A DNA stretch of 34,142 nt from a virus (Duplodnaviria; Caudoviricetes). Both the position numbers and the translations under genes were made by a program. Location of the stretch: IMG/VR virus record IMGVR_UViG_3300002307_000142, positions 1 through 34,142 of that record. One strand, 5' to 3'. This document shows, piece by piece, positions 1 through 7,964 of this stretch (position 1 is its first letter; every line of letters begins with the position of its first letter). The notes beneath the pieces were generated by a model. That model saw only the letters and a list, made by a program, of their open reading frames with translations. It was not told the origin of the DNA and did not search any database.

Positions 1-21
1 CCCCCCCCGGCGGCCACTGAC

Positions 22-984
22 ATGCCGGCGCCCACCAGCCCCGCCGCCCTGGCCGGCTTGCCCTGGACGGAGGAGCGGGAAGCGAAGCTCCGCGCCCTGT
101 GGTCACAGGCCGCCAGCGACCGAAGCATCCTGGCCACGCTGAACCAGCTGGCCGGCACGTCGCTGACCTGGCCGGCCATCTGCACCCGGGCCAGCAAGCT
201 CGGCCTCGGCAAGCGCGGCATTGCGCCGACCGACACTTGGCGCCCCGGCGCCGTCACCTGCGAGCTGGATCTCGACAGCGTCACCCTGCCGCCGGGTTTC
301 CAACCCGATGGCAAGCTGACCGAGGCGCGCGCCCGCGCGCTGGTGGCTGGCTGGCACCGCTACGCGCTGTCGGGCCGCCGCCTCCGCGCCATCCTGGCCG
401 GGCTGCCGGGCGACAAGTTCGGCGACAATGACAGCACGCTGTACAGCTTCGCGCGGCGCCTCGGCTTGCCCAGCCAGCGCTTCCCGGACGGCGCCCCACC
501 GTCCGACCCGGTACCTGAGCCCGCCGCACCGCCGCCCGTCGCGCCCCAGCCCGCCACGCCTCAGCCGGAGCCGGTCGCCGAAGCGCCGCCGCCCACGCCG
601 CCGGAGCAGCCGGTGGAGCAGGAGGAGCCGCCGGCGGGCTCGCTGCCGCCAACCCAGCCGGAGCCCCAGCCCCTGCCGGCGCCCGCGCCCGTGGCGGCAG
701 CACTTCCGACCGATGCCCTGCCCCAGCACGCCCGCCGCGAGGCGCACCCGCGCGGCTTCATCATCGCCGCGCCGAAGCGTCAGCCCTCGCCGGAGACGGC
801 GCCGGAACTGGCGGACGCGGCTGTGGACCGCAAGCACCAGGAGGCGAAGGCCATGCTCTTCCGGGGCATCCCGGCCGCGATGGTCGCCAGCCAGACCAAG
901 CTGAACCTGAACGTCGTGTACCGCCTGCAGGGCGAAGTCCGCGCCGATCGCCAACGCGCATCCGAGGAGATCGCAGCCCAATGA
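22..984 (+). CDS. GcrA-like HTH regulator: two N-terminal GcrA-type repeats, Pro-rich linker, C-terminal HTH
   Basis: WTEEREAKLRALW...ICTRASKLGL resembles the GcrA N-terminal domain. Second copy LTEARARALVAGW...ARRLGL. C-terminal GIPAAMVASQTKLNLNVVYRL is HTH-like. Confidence 0.55.
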   Translation: MPAPTSPAALAGLPWTEEREAKLRALWSQAASDRSILATLNQLAGTSLTWPAICTRASKLGLGKRGIAPTDTWRPGAVTCELDLDSVTLPPGFQPDGKLTEARARALVAGWHRYALSGRRLRAILAGLPGDKFGDNDSTLYSFARRLGLPSQRFPDGAPPSDPVPEPAAPPPVAPQPATPQPEPVAEAPPPTPPEQPVEQEEPPAGSLPPTQPEPQPLPAPAPVAAALPTDALPQHARREAHPRGFIIAAPKRQPSPETAPELADAAVDRKHQEAKAMLFRGIPAAMVASQTKLNLNVVYRLQGEVRADRQRASEEIAAQ

Positions 985-1220
985 CCGAAGAAGAATTCCT
1001 CACCGGCCTTCCCGACCCGGGCGAGGCGGAAGCAACCATCGTGCTGCCCGACTTCGCCGCCCTGAAGCTTGCCTCGGGCCTGTGGGCTGGGCGCCTTGTT
1101 GAGGGCACCTTCGCCCAGGCGCCGGCCCGCAACGGCGAGACGCACCGCACCTTCCGCGGTCGCCTCACCCACAACGGCGCGCTGCGCGTGGCCGAGCTGC
1201 GCGAGGGGCTGCCGGCATGA
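981..1220 (+). CDS. hypothetical phage protein
   Basis: GGAG-rich RBS and ATGA overlaps with both neighbours. Confidence 0.6.
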   Translation: MTEEEFLTGLPDPGEAEATIVLPDFAALKLASGLWAGRLVEGTFAQAPARNGETHRTFRGRLTHNGALRVAELREGLPA

Positions 1221-2863
1221 GCCGCGACAACGTCACGGTCGCCGATATCGAGGCGATCCAGATCTCGCCGGACGTGCCCGCGCGCACCGTACCGGCCACC
1301 CAGCGCGAGGATGCCGAGTTGGCCGCCTCGATCGCGCAGTGGGGCGTGCTGCAGCCCTTGCTGCTGCGCCAGCGCGGCAACCAGCTGGTGCTGATCAAGG
1401 GCGCGCGCCGCCTGGCCGCCGCCCGCGCCGCCGGCTGCCGCGAGGTGCCGGTGAAGATCTTCGCCGCGGATGACCCGATCAGCGACGCCGCGATCCGCGC
1501 TTCCGGCATGGTCCGCGCCAGCCTGCACCCGGTGGAGGTATGGCGCGCGACCGAGACGTTGCTGGCCGCCGGCCACAGCATGGAAACGGCGGCGGCGACC
1601 CTGGGCGTTTCCGCGCGCACCGCGCGCCAGCTGCAATGCCTTGGCCGCATCATCCCGCCGATGCTGGACGCCATGGGCCGCACGAGGGTGCCGCACACCC
1701 ACTGGCTCAACACCATCGCCCAGGCCCCGCGTGAGACGCAGGAAGCGGCCTGGCGGCAGCACGGCAAGAAGTTCACCGGCGACTGGTACGCCGTGTTCGG
1801 CGCCTGCGTCGCCACCACCTTCCCCCGCAGCCGCGCTGCCTTCGATGACGACGCCGCAGCGCGCCACGGTATCATCTGGCAGGAGGACCTGTTCGCCGAG
1901 GGCGACCGCGACACGCGCCACACCGGCGACGCCCAGGCCTTCCGCGCCGCCCAGTTGGAGTGGATGGAGGCGCGCGTCCAGGCGCTGATCGGCCAGGGCT
2001 TCCAGGCGCAGATCCTGGACGCCTCGAAGACTGGCACGCCGGTGGTGGGCAAGGAGTTCGAGCAGGTGTCCGGCCGCGAGGACAAGGCGCCGAAGAACGT
2101 CATCCGCGGCCTGTGGATCGACACCCAGCTTGCCGTGCATTTCATGCTCTACCGCCGCCGCAAGGCCGAGCCGGCGAAGGGCGCCAAGGGCAAGGCCAGC
2201 GCTGCCGCTGCAGCCGCCGCCGAGCCACAACCCGAGACCGCTCCGAAGCCGCGCGGCATCAGCAAGAAAGGCCTGGTGCTGATCGCCGAGGCGAAGGATC
2301 GCGCGCTGGCGGCGGCGCTGTCGGACGCCGAATGGCACGAGGAGGCGGCGCCCGACCAGGTCGACAACTGTGCCGTGCTCCTGCATGCGCTCCTGGTGGC
2401 GCTGACGGCGTCCAACGTCCAGGTGCAGCACGGCGCCAGCTGGCAGCGGGTGCTGATGGACGAGTTGCTGCCCGAGTTGCTGCAACCCGACGGCCGCAAG
2501 CAGTACAGCGACTTCCCGCCGCTGATTCGGCAGGCCCGCAAGGCGCTCGGCATGATGCTGCAGGCGCCGCGGCCAGAGCGCTTCGGCAGCGGCCAGGCCT
2601 TCGACCGCGTGGCCAACATCATTGGCGCCAAGAACCCCCGCTGCGACAGCGAGGACATCCTCGCCGAGCTGCCGAAGGCGGTGCTGGTCAGCCTGGCCAC
2701 GCAGCACGGCCAGCCCGCCAAGGCCGGTGTGAAGGAGCTGGCGCGCCAGCTGGCCGGCAAGCTGGACCGCTGGCAGCCGAAGGAAGCCGAGTTCACCCCC
2801 ACGCCGCTCGACGGCGCCGATGAAGCCGAGCCCACCGAGGCCGAGCTGGAGGACGCAGCATGA
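1217..2863 (+). CDS. ParB/RepB/Spo0J N-terminal domain protein
   Basis: ELAASIAQWGVLQPLLLR...LIKGARRLAAARAAG...VPV is a ParB-N motif, followed by an HTH region. Confidence 0.8.
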   Translation: MSRDNVTVADIEAIQISPDVPARTVPATQREDAELAASIAQWGVLQPLLLRQRGNQLVLIKGARRLAAARAAGCREVPVKIFAADDPISDAAIRASGMVRASLHPVEVWRATETLLAAGHSMETAAATLGVSARTARQLQCLGRIIPPMLDAMGRTRVPHTHWLNTIAQAPRETQEAAWRQHGKKFTGDWYAVFGACVATTFPRSRAAFDDDAAARHGIIWQEDLFAEGDRDTRHTGDAQAFRAAQLEWMEARVQALIGQGFQAQILDASKTGTPVVGKEFEQVSGREDKAPKNVIRGLWIDTQLAVHFMLYRRRKAEPAKGAKGKASAAAAAAAEPQPETAPKPRGISKKGLVLIAEAKDRALAAALSDAEWHEEAAPDQVDNCAVLLHALLVALTASNVQVQHGASWQRVLMDELLPELLQPDGRKQYSDFPPLIRQARKALGMMLQAPRPERFGSGQAFDRVANIIGAKNPRCDSEDILAELPKAVLVSLATQHGQPAKAGVKELARQLAGKLDRWQPKEAEFTPTPLDGADEAEPTEAELEDAA

Positions 2864-3342
2864 TCATGGAACCCCACGCCCGGCAGTCGCTGCTCGCGGT
2901 GGCCAGCACCTGCTTCGCCCGCGCGCCGGACTTCATCGTCGGCGGCGAGGATCCCTACCTGCTGCGCTGGTACCTGACCGGCTACGGCCAGCACGCCGGC
3001 GCCTACGTGCATCGCTTCCTGCGGAGCGACGACGACCGCGCCCTACATGACCACCCCTACGACAGCACCAGCGTGATCCTGCAGGGCAGCTACATCGAGC
3101 ACCTGGCGCACGGCGTCAGCGAGCTGCGGCAGGAAGGCTGGGTCGGCTCTCGCCGCGCCGCCGACGCGCACCGGGTGGAGCTGCTGCAGAGCGCCCGCGG
3201 CGTGCCCTTGGGGGTGACGACGCTGTTCCTGCACGGCGCCCGGGTGCGGGACTGGGGCTTCCATTGCCCGCAAGGCTGGCGCCCCTGGCAGGAATTCGTC
3301 GCGGCGCGCGACAAGGGTGCGATCGGCGTGGGGTGCGGGTGA
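2860..3342 (+). CDS. cupin-like phage protein
   Basis: HRFLRSDDDRALHDHPY...ILQGSYIE...AHRVEL His/Glu cupin-type pattern; ATGA overlap. Confidence 0.6.
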   Translation: MIMEPHARQSLLAVASTCFARAPDFIVGGEDPYLLRWYLTGYGQHAGAYVHRFLRSDDDRALHDHPYDSTSVILQGSYIEHLAHGVSELRQEGWVGSRRAADAHRVELLQSARGVPLGVTTLFLHGARVRDWGFHCPQGWRPWQEFVAARDKGAIGVGCG

Positions 3343-3737
3343 TGGGCTTGGAACCCTGCCCCAGATGCGACGGCCTGGGTCGCACGACGCCGACCGCGGT
3401 GCTTTGCACGTACTGCGACGGCATGGGCCAAGTCCAGGTCCACTGGATGGCTCCGCCGCCGTTTGTGGTGCCGGCGGCAGCCCCCTTCGGCCTGCGGCTG
3501 GCCCTCAACCTGATCGAGGCCGAAGTCCAGTCGGCCGAGGCGAAGTGGGCGCCGATGAACAGCGCGCATGAAGCCTTCGCCGTGCTGCTGGAGGAGGTGG
3601 ACGAACTGAAGGCGCACGTCTGGGCCAAGCAGGGCGAGCGCGACCTCGACGCCATGCGGAAGGAGGCGATTCAGGTGGCGGCTATGGCGGTGCGTTTCGT
3701 GCGCGACGTTTGCGATGGCGGGCGGGGGCGGAAGTGA
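3342..3737 (+). CDS. Zn-finger plus MazG-like all-alpha NTP pyrophosphohydrolase
   Basis: ATG at 3342 overlaps the upstream TGA. CPRCDGLG...CTYCDGMG, then LLEEVDELK...RKEAIQVAAMAVRF. Confidence 0.6.
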   Translation: MGLEPCPRCDGLGRTTPTAVLCTYCDGMGQVQVHWMAPPPFVVPAAAPFGLRLALNLIEAEVQSAEAKWAPMNSAHEAFAVLLEEVDELKAHVWAKQGERDLDAMRKEAIQVAAMAVRFVRDVCDGGRGRK

Positions 3738-4195
3738 AAGCGCACTCCGCCAGCATCGACCTGTTTGCCGTCGCCGGCATCGCCCCCTCGGGCAGGCCGG
3801 CGGCGGTGGTCACCGCCCCGCCGCCAGCGCCCCACCCGACGCCCGCGCGCTCGCTGGACGCTCATGTGCCGTCGCCGGCGGAGCTGGCGCAGCCGGCCTT
3901 CTCGGCGCTGTGCACGGCGGTGCGCGGCTGGGACATTGCCCTGCCCGGCCAGCGCGGCATGCACTTGGCTGGCGCCACCCATATCCGCCTGCTGCTGCGC
4001 GCCCTTGTCGCGGAGGACTGCCTCGCCGGCACGGCGCAGGCGCCCGGCCCGCTGGGGCTGTTACGCCAGGTGGCGGCACTGGTGCAGGCCGGGCACCTGG
4101 TGCTGCGCACCGAGCTGGGCACGCTGGCGCAGCAGGAATGGCAAGAGCTGCGCGACATGATCGCGCGCGTCGCGGAGGGCCGGCACGATGCGTAA
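3734..4195 (+). CDS. hypothetical phage protein
   Basis: GTGA overlap with the upstream stop; operon continuity. Confidence 0.5.
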   Translation: MKAHSASIDLFAVAGIAPSGRPAAVVTAPPPAPHPTPARSLDAHVPSPAELAQPAFSALCTAVRGWDIALPGQRGMHLAGATHIRLLLRALVAEDCLAGTAQAPGPLGLLRQVAALVQAGHLVLRTELGTLAQQEWQELRDMIARVAEGRHDA

Positions 4196-4421
4196 TCGGA
4201 AACGCACCCCGGCCTGGAGCGAGCATGCCGCCGAGTGGCGGGACCGCGTGGTGATCCTGGCCGAGACGTGGCAGCGCGCACTGGCTGCGGAAGGGTCGGA
4301 GCGCGCCGCCATGCTGGCCTGGGCGAGCCGCGTATCTCGGGCTGCGCGTGGCTTGGCGTCGGAGCGCGAAACACACTTGGTGCTCACGCTGGCGGCCCGG
4401 GGAGATCGTACCAATGGCTGA
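4188..4421 (+). CDS. hypothetical phage protein
   Basis: GGAGG RBS; overlaps both neighbours. Confidence 0.55.
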   Translation: MRNRKRTPAWSEHAAEWRDRVVILAETWQRALAAEGSERAAMLAWASRVSRAARGLASERETHLVLTLAARGDRTNG

Positions 4422-4779
4422 CCTCCCTCGGCGCATCCAACTCAGCCGCGCCAAGGGCTGGCGCCTGCCGGAAGGCGCGGTCTCCGTCGCCCGGCCCACC
4501 AAGTGGGGCAACCCCTGGACCGTCGCGGGCGCACGCCGGGCCGGGTTCGAGGGCACCGATGCCGAGATGCGTGCATACTGCGTGGCGTTCTTTCGCAATG
4601 GACTGGCAGCCGGCCTGCCCGCCTTGAACGGCATGTGGGATCGCATCCCCGAGCTGCGCGGCAAGCCCCTCGCCTGCTGGTGCCCCCTGCCGGCCGCCGG
4701 CGAACCGGACCACTGCCACGCGGCCGTGCTGCTGGAACTGGCCAACGCGCCGCTGCGCTGCGAGGCCGCCGATGGCTGA
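4414..4779 (+). CDS. DUF4326-like phage protein
   Basis: RIQLSRAKGWRLPEGAVSVARPTKWGNPW...ELRGKPLACWC...CHAAVLLELAN pattern. Confidence 0.8.
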   Translation: MADLPRRIQLSRAKGWRLPEGAVSVARPTKWGNPWTVAGARRAGFEGTDAEMRAYCVAFFRNGLAAGLPALNGMWDRIPELRGKPLACWCPLPAAGEPDHCHAAVLLELANAPLRCEAADG

Positions 4780-5041
4780 CCTATTTACCTTCGCTGCCGC
4801 CCAGGCGCCCCGGCCCGCGCCGCCCGCCACCCCCGAGCCAGCCCCGGCCGGGGTGCCGCTGACCGTCCGCAACCTTCGCTTCGACTGCCCCGGCTGCGGC
4901 GAGGCGGTCAGCTACGACCTGGCGCCGCTCAACGTGGCGTTGCTGTGCGAGCGGTGCAGTTTCTGGGGCGTGGAGCGGCACCAAGCGCTGCTGGACCTGC
5001 GCGACCGTTTCGCCGCCCTGGCCTCGGCGGAGCCAACCTGA
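4772..5041 (+). CDS. small Zn-ribbon protein
   Basis: CPGC...CERC; GAGG RBS. Confidence 0.55.
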   Translation: MADLFTFAAAQAPRPAPPATPEPAPAGVPLTVRNLRFDCPGCGEAVSYDLAPLNVALLCERCSFWGVERHQALLDLRDRFAALASAEPT

Positions 5042-5044
5042 CTC

Positions 5045-5290
5045 ATGCCTGACGGTGCCGGCCCTCTTCACGTCTTCGGCTGGCCCGCCTCGATGCGGGC
5101 AGAGCGGGCCGCCGCCTACCTGGACGTGTCGAGGACCTATTTCCTCGGCAACATCGCGCCGCAGCTGGCGCCTATCCGCCTGGGGCCTGGCCTGGTGCTC
5201 TACCTCCGCCGGGACCTGGACGCCTGGCTTGACCAGCGGGCCGGCGCGGCCGCACCGTCGCCAGAGGACAACCCGTGGCCGGCAGCGTGA
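5045..5290 (+). CDS. AlpA/excisionase-like DNA-binding protein
   Basis: MRAERAAAYLDVSRTYF...LYLRRDLDAWLD winged-HTH pattern directly upstream of the integrase. Confidence 0.75.
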   Translation: MPDGAGPLHVFGWPASMRAERAAAYLDVSRTYFLGNIAPQLAPIRLGPGLVLYLRRDLDAWLDQRAGAAAPSPEDNPWPAA

Positions 5291-6372
5291 CCGTCGTTCA
5301 CCTGAAGCATATCTCGCGGTTCAAGGACCGGCACGGCCACCCGCGGGCGTATCTGCGCCTGCCCGGCCGCAAGCCCGTGAAGCTGCCCGGCGCGCCCGGC
5401 AGCCCTGAATTCATGGCCGCCTACCAGGCCGCCATCGCAGCCGAACCACCGCCGCCGCCAGGGCCGAAGCAGCCGCTAGCCGGCACGCTGGACGCGCTGG
5501 CCGCCAGCTACTACCGCAGCCCGGCCTTCACGGACCTGCGCGCCAGCACCCAGGCGACCTATCGCCGCATCATCGAGGACCTTCGCGCCAGCCATGGCGG
5601 CAAGCCGGTCCGGTTGCTGGACCCCACGCGCATCGCGGGGTTGATGGCGGAGAAGGCCGCGCACCGCACCGCCGCCAACCACCGCCTTCGCATCCTGAAG
5701 CACCTGATGGCGCACGCGATCGAGACGAAGGTGCTGGTCGCCGACCCCACCGCCGGCGTGAAGCGGCTGAAGCACAAGGCGAAGGGCTACGCCACCTGGT
5801 CCGAGGCCAACATCGCCCAGTACGAAGCCCGCTGGCCCAGCGGCACCCGCCAGAGGCTGGCCCTGGCCCTGCTGCTGTACACCGCCCAGCGCCGCAGCGA
5901 CGTGGTGAGGATGGGCCGCCAGCACGTCTCCGGCCGCATGATCCGCGTGCGCCAGGTGAAGACTGGCACGGAGCTGGAGATCCCCATCCATGCCGCCCTG
6001 GCCGCCGAGCTGGCGCATGTGCCGCAGGACCAGCTGGTCTTCCTGCTGACCAGCGAGGGCGCCGACGCCAAAGGCTTCACGCCCGGCGGGTTCTACAACC
6101 GCTTCATCGGCTGGTGCCAGGAGGCAGGCATGGCCGCCGGCCTCTCTCCGCATGGTTTGCGAAAGGCCTGCGCCCGCCGCTTGGCCGAGGCCGGCGCGAC
6201 GACGCACCAGATCGCCGCCGTCACCGGCCACCGCAACCTGGCGGAGGTGGAGCTGTACACCCGGGCGGCCAATCAGGCGCGGATGGCAGTGGCCGGGATG
6301 GCGCGAATCAAGAACAAGGCTTCCAACCCGACCGGGCGGAAACTTCCAACCCGGCGGGAAAGTGGCGGATAA
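5287..6372 (+). CDS. int: tyrosine recombinase (phage integrase)
   Basis: Catalytic motifs TAQRRSDV (R), QVKTG (K), HGLRK (HxxR), TGHRN (H), ELYTR (Y). GTG at 5287 overlaps the xis stop. Confidence 0.93.
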   Translation: MTVVHLKHISRFKDRHGHPRAYLRLPGRKPVKLPGAPGSPEFMAAYQAAIAAEPPPPPGPKQPLAGTLDALAASYYRSPAFTDLRASTQATYRRIIEDLRASHGGKPVRLLDPTRIAGLMAEKAAHRTAANHRLRILKHLMAHAIETKVLVADPTAGVKRLKHKAKGYATWSEANIAQYEARWPSGTRQRLALALLLYTAQRRSDVVRMGRQHVSGRMIRVRQVKTGTELEIPIHAALAAELAHVPQDQLVFLLTSEGADAKGFTPGGFYNRFIGWCQEAGMAAGLSPHGLRKACARRLAEAGATTHQIAAVTGHRNLAEVELYTRAANQARMAVAGMARIKNKASNPTGRKLPTRRESGG

Positions 6373-6502
6373 CGGCCAGTTTTTGCGGAGTATGGCGCGC
6401 CCTGAGGGGGTGAATTATTCGAGCGGCGGCAGCACGTTAAGCCATCCAACCCCAAAAGTTCCGTCACGGCGGTTCAATGGGTTACGGCCGATTTTCCAAC
6501 CC
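6320..6502. other. putative attP: tRNA 3'-end-like core at 6393-6408 with arm-type repeats
   Basis: Minus strand of 6393-6408 reads CCCTCAGGGCGCGCCA (T-stem, acceptor stem, CCA). TCCAACCC occurs at 6322, 6345, 6445 and 6495, two each side of the core. IHF-like TTCAATGGGTTA near 6473. Confidence 0.7.
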
Positions 6503-6518
6503 TATGAACGCGCGCGTA

Positions 6519-6554
6519 GGGTGGTTCCGGACTGTGCTGGGTCATTTGGCATGG
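6519..6554. repeat. 36-bp direct repeat A, copy 1 (copy 2 at 7311-7346)
   Basis: GGGTGGTTCCGGAC-N6-GGGTCATTTGGCATGG, 32/36 identical by manual alignment. Confidence 0.9.
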
Positions 6555-6865
6555 CGGGCAACCTCGTCCGTCTCGGGGTCAAGCACGCGGGCGGCGCGGA
6601 GGATGTTGTAGACCGTGCCGGCTACGTCGCCCTCCCAGGTTTCCGAGCCGTCGCTCGCGTACCAGCCTTCAGCGCCCAGCGCCTTGGCCAGCGTTTGCAA
6701 CACGAAGTCGGCCGCGAGGTCGGCGGCTTGCTCGACCGTCTCCGCGTTGAACGGGTGGGTGGTCTCGGCCGGGGTCGCCTGACCTGTCCCGGCATCCGCT
6801 CTCGCGGGGGATGGCGGGAACGACGCCCCGGCCGAAGTGGTGGTCGTCTTCAGGTCTTCGGCCAT
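6542..6865 (-). CDS. array protein MAEDLKTTTT..., contains the in-frame 26-aa mini-element
   Basis: GGAG RBS upstream of ATG 6865; overlaps neighbours; ends in HAK*. Confidence 0.65.
   Translation of the reverse strand: MAEDLKTTTTSAGASFPPSPARADAGTGQATPAETTHPFNAETVEQAADLAADFVLQTLAKALGAEGWYASDGSETWEGDVAGTVYNILRAARVLDPETDEVARHAK
6757..6841. mobile_element. MITE-like element, copy 1: GTGGT, 11-bp TIR, core, 11-bp TIR, GTGGT
   Basis: 80/85 identical to 7966-8050; arms CTCGGCCGGGG (6764-6774) and CCCCGGCCGAA (6826-6836). Confidence 0.65.
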
Positions 6866-7059
6866 GTGGCGGGCTCCATCAGGTTGACTAGCGGGCCGCG
6901 TGCCGGCCCCATGATGCGGCGGAGCCAGCCCATCGCCCACTTCGTATCCGCGAGGCACTTCCGGCATAGCCAGTTGCCGCACGGCTCAGGCTTCGCGTTA
7001 GCCGGCGCCGCACGCTCGCAGCCGACGCAGCGCAGGGTGGTCTTTGGGCTTTCGCTCAT
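6850..7059 (-). CDS. array protein MSESPKTT..., Cys-rich, possible Zn finger
   Basis: ATGA overlap with the upstream ORF; CVGC...C...CRKC. Confidence 0.6.
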   Translation of the reverse strand: MSESPKTTLRCVGCERAAPANAKPEPCGNWLCRKCLADTKWAMGWLRRIMGPARGPLVNLMEPATWPKT

Positions 7060-7193
7060 TGTGGCATCCCCATCGCGCGCAGCAGGGGCGGGCACCACCA
7101 ATCAGCCGAGGCGTCCAGCGCCACCATAGCCAGCAGCGTCAGGCCAATCGCCCACAGTTGCGGGTCAGTGGTGGTTTCCGAACGGTCAGACAT
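7056..7193 (-). CDS. array peptide MSDRSETTT..., 45 aa, hydrophobic
   Basis: GGAGGGAG RBS; translated by hand; ATGA overlap with the next ORF. Confidence 0.55.
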   Translation of the reverse strand: MSDRSETTTDPQLWAIGLTLLAMVALDASADWWCPPLLRAMGMPQ

Positions 7194-7344
7194 GCCACTC
7201 CCTCCAGATGTTGCCGCGCCAGGCGATCAGCACGCCACGGTCATGGACGCAGACCAGCAGCGGCCAGACATCCAGCAGGAACCCAGCCCAGCGCACAAAG
7301 CGCGCCCAGCGGGTGGTTCCGGACGCGGCGGGGTCATTTGGCAT
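7186..7344 (-). CDS. array peptide MPNDPAASGTT..., 52 aa, Trp-rich
   Basis: Translated by hand; overlaps both neighbours; same Thr-Thr frame as the other array genes. Confidence 0.5.
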   Translation of the reverse strand: MPNDPAASGTTRWARFVRWAGFLLDVWPLLVCVHDRGVLIAWRGNIWREWHV

Positions 7345-7346
7345 GG
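7311..7346. repeat. 36-bp direct repeat A, copy 2
   Basis: Matches 6519-6554. Confidence 0.9.
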
Positions 7347-7534
7347 TCGGTCATCCCAGCAGCAAGAGCCGCGCGAAGACGGTCAATCTCGGCCCGGATT
7401 GGCGCGGTGAACTTTGCTCGGTCTGGTCCGAAGTCCTTGGTCGCCAGCCTGTGGTTGAGGCGGTCGATCTTCTTCCGAGCAAGCGCCGCCGCCAGCGTGG
7501 AGGGGTGCAAGCCGGCGGCTTCAGAACCGCTCAT
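7334..7534 (-). CDS. array protein MSGSEAAG...HAK
   Basis: GGGAGG RBS; degenerate site GAAGCCGCC; same C-terminal HAK* as 6542-6865. Confidence 0.5.
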   Translation of the reverse strand: MSGSEAAGLHPSTLAAALARKKIDRLNHRLATKDFGPDRAKFTAPIRAEIDRLRAALAAGMTDHAK

Positions 7535-7835
7535 CTGGCATGGCCTCCCGTGCAATTTGCAGCCGGCGCTCCGCGACTGAGCACCAGTAATCGAAGCCCG
7601 GCTGAACCCCGAGTGTGTCGGCATCCGGGGCGCGCTCCCCGATCTTGCGAAGCGCCGCCCGCAGGCGGGCTATCTCGTCGCGCTGGCGCACCATGGCATC
7701 CCGGCACGACATGATGAACCGCCCGGCGCCCGGTTCGCCCTCCAGCATGGGCGACCACGCCCAATCCTGGCACATGCCGATCAGGTGCGCCGTCTCATGG
7801 TCAGGGCTGGCGGTGGTTTGCTGATCTACCGGCAC
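7521..7835 (-). CDS. array protein (V)PVDQQTTASP..., coiled-coil C-terminus
   Basis: GGAG RBS and GTG at 7835; RDEIARLRAALRKIG is typical of small phage proteins. Confidence 0.6.
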   Translation of the reverse strand: MPVDQQTTASPDHETAHLIGMCQDWAWSPMLEGEPGAGRFIMSCRDAMVRQRDEIARLRAALRKIGERAPDADTLGVQPGFDYWCSVAERRLQIAREAMPDERF

Positions 7836-7964
7836 AGCGGCGCTCCATGGGCTGATTGGTCGAGGAACGGGTTGCAGCCCCGCGTGGTGACGGCCCAGGC
7901 GGTGTAGAAGCCCGGCGCCAGGGCGAGGCAGGCGCCGATGGCCAGCGCCCACCACAGGCCGCGC
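7811..7964. repeat. 154-bp direct repeat C, copy 1 (copy 2 at 8970-9123)
   Basis: About 136/154 identical by manual alignment; 76/78 in the half next to GGTGGT. Confidence 0.92.

Noticed and set aside
761-2707. long antisense or alternate-frame ORFs (e.g. 761-2707 -, 15510-17201 +, 19008-20801 +, 26089-28080 +)
   Set aside because: Shadow ORFs of high-GC codon bias, overlapping genes with recognisable motifs on the other strand.
6393-6410. complete tRNA gene
   Set aside because: Only about 16 nt of 3' end are present; no TTCGAA loop, anticodon arm or D arm.
6152-7129. 325-aa + strand ORF spanning attP
   Set aside because: Overlaps the integrase, attP and better-supported minus-strand genes; Arg/Pro-rich with no motif.
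7804-7817. Chi-like sites as the explanation for GGTGGT enrichment
   Set aside because: No GCTGGTGG consensus, and Chi would not explain the fixed reading frame and position relative to start codons.
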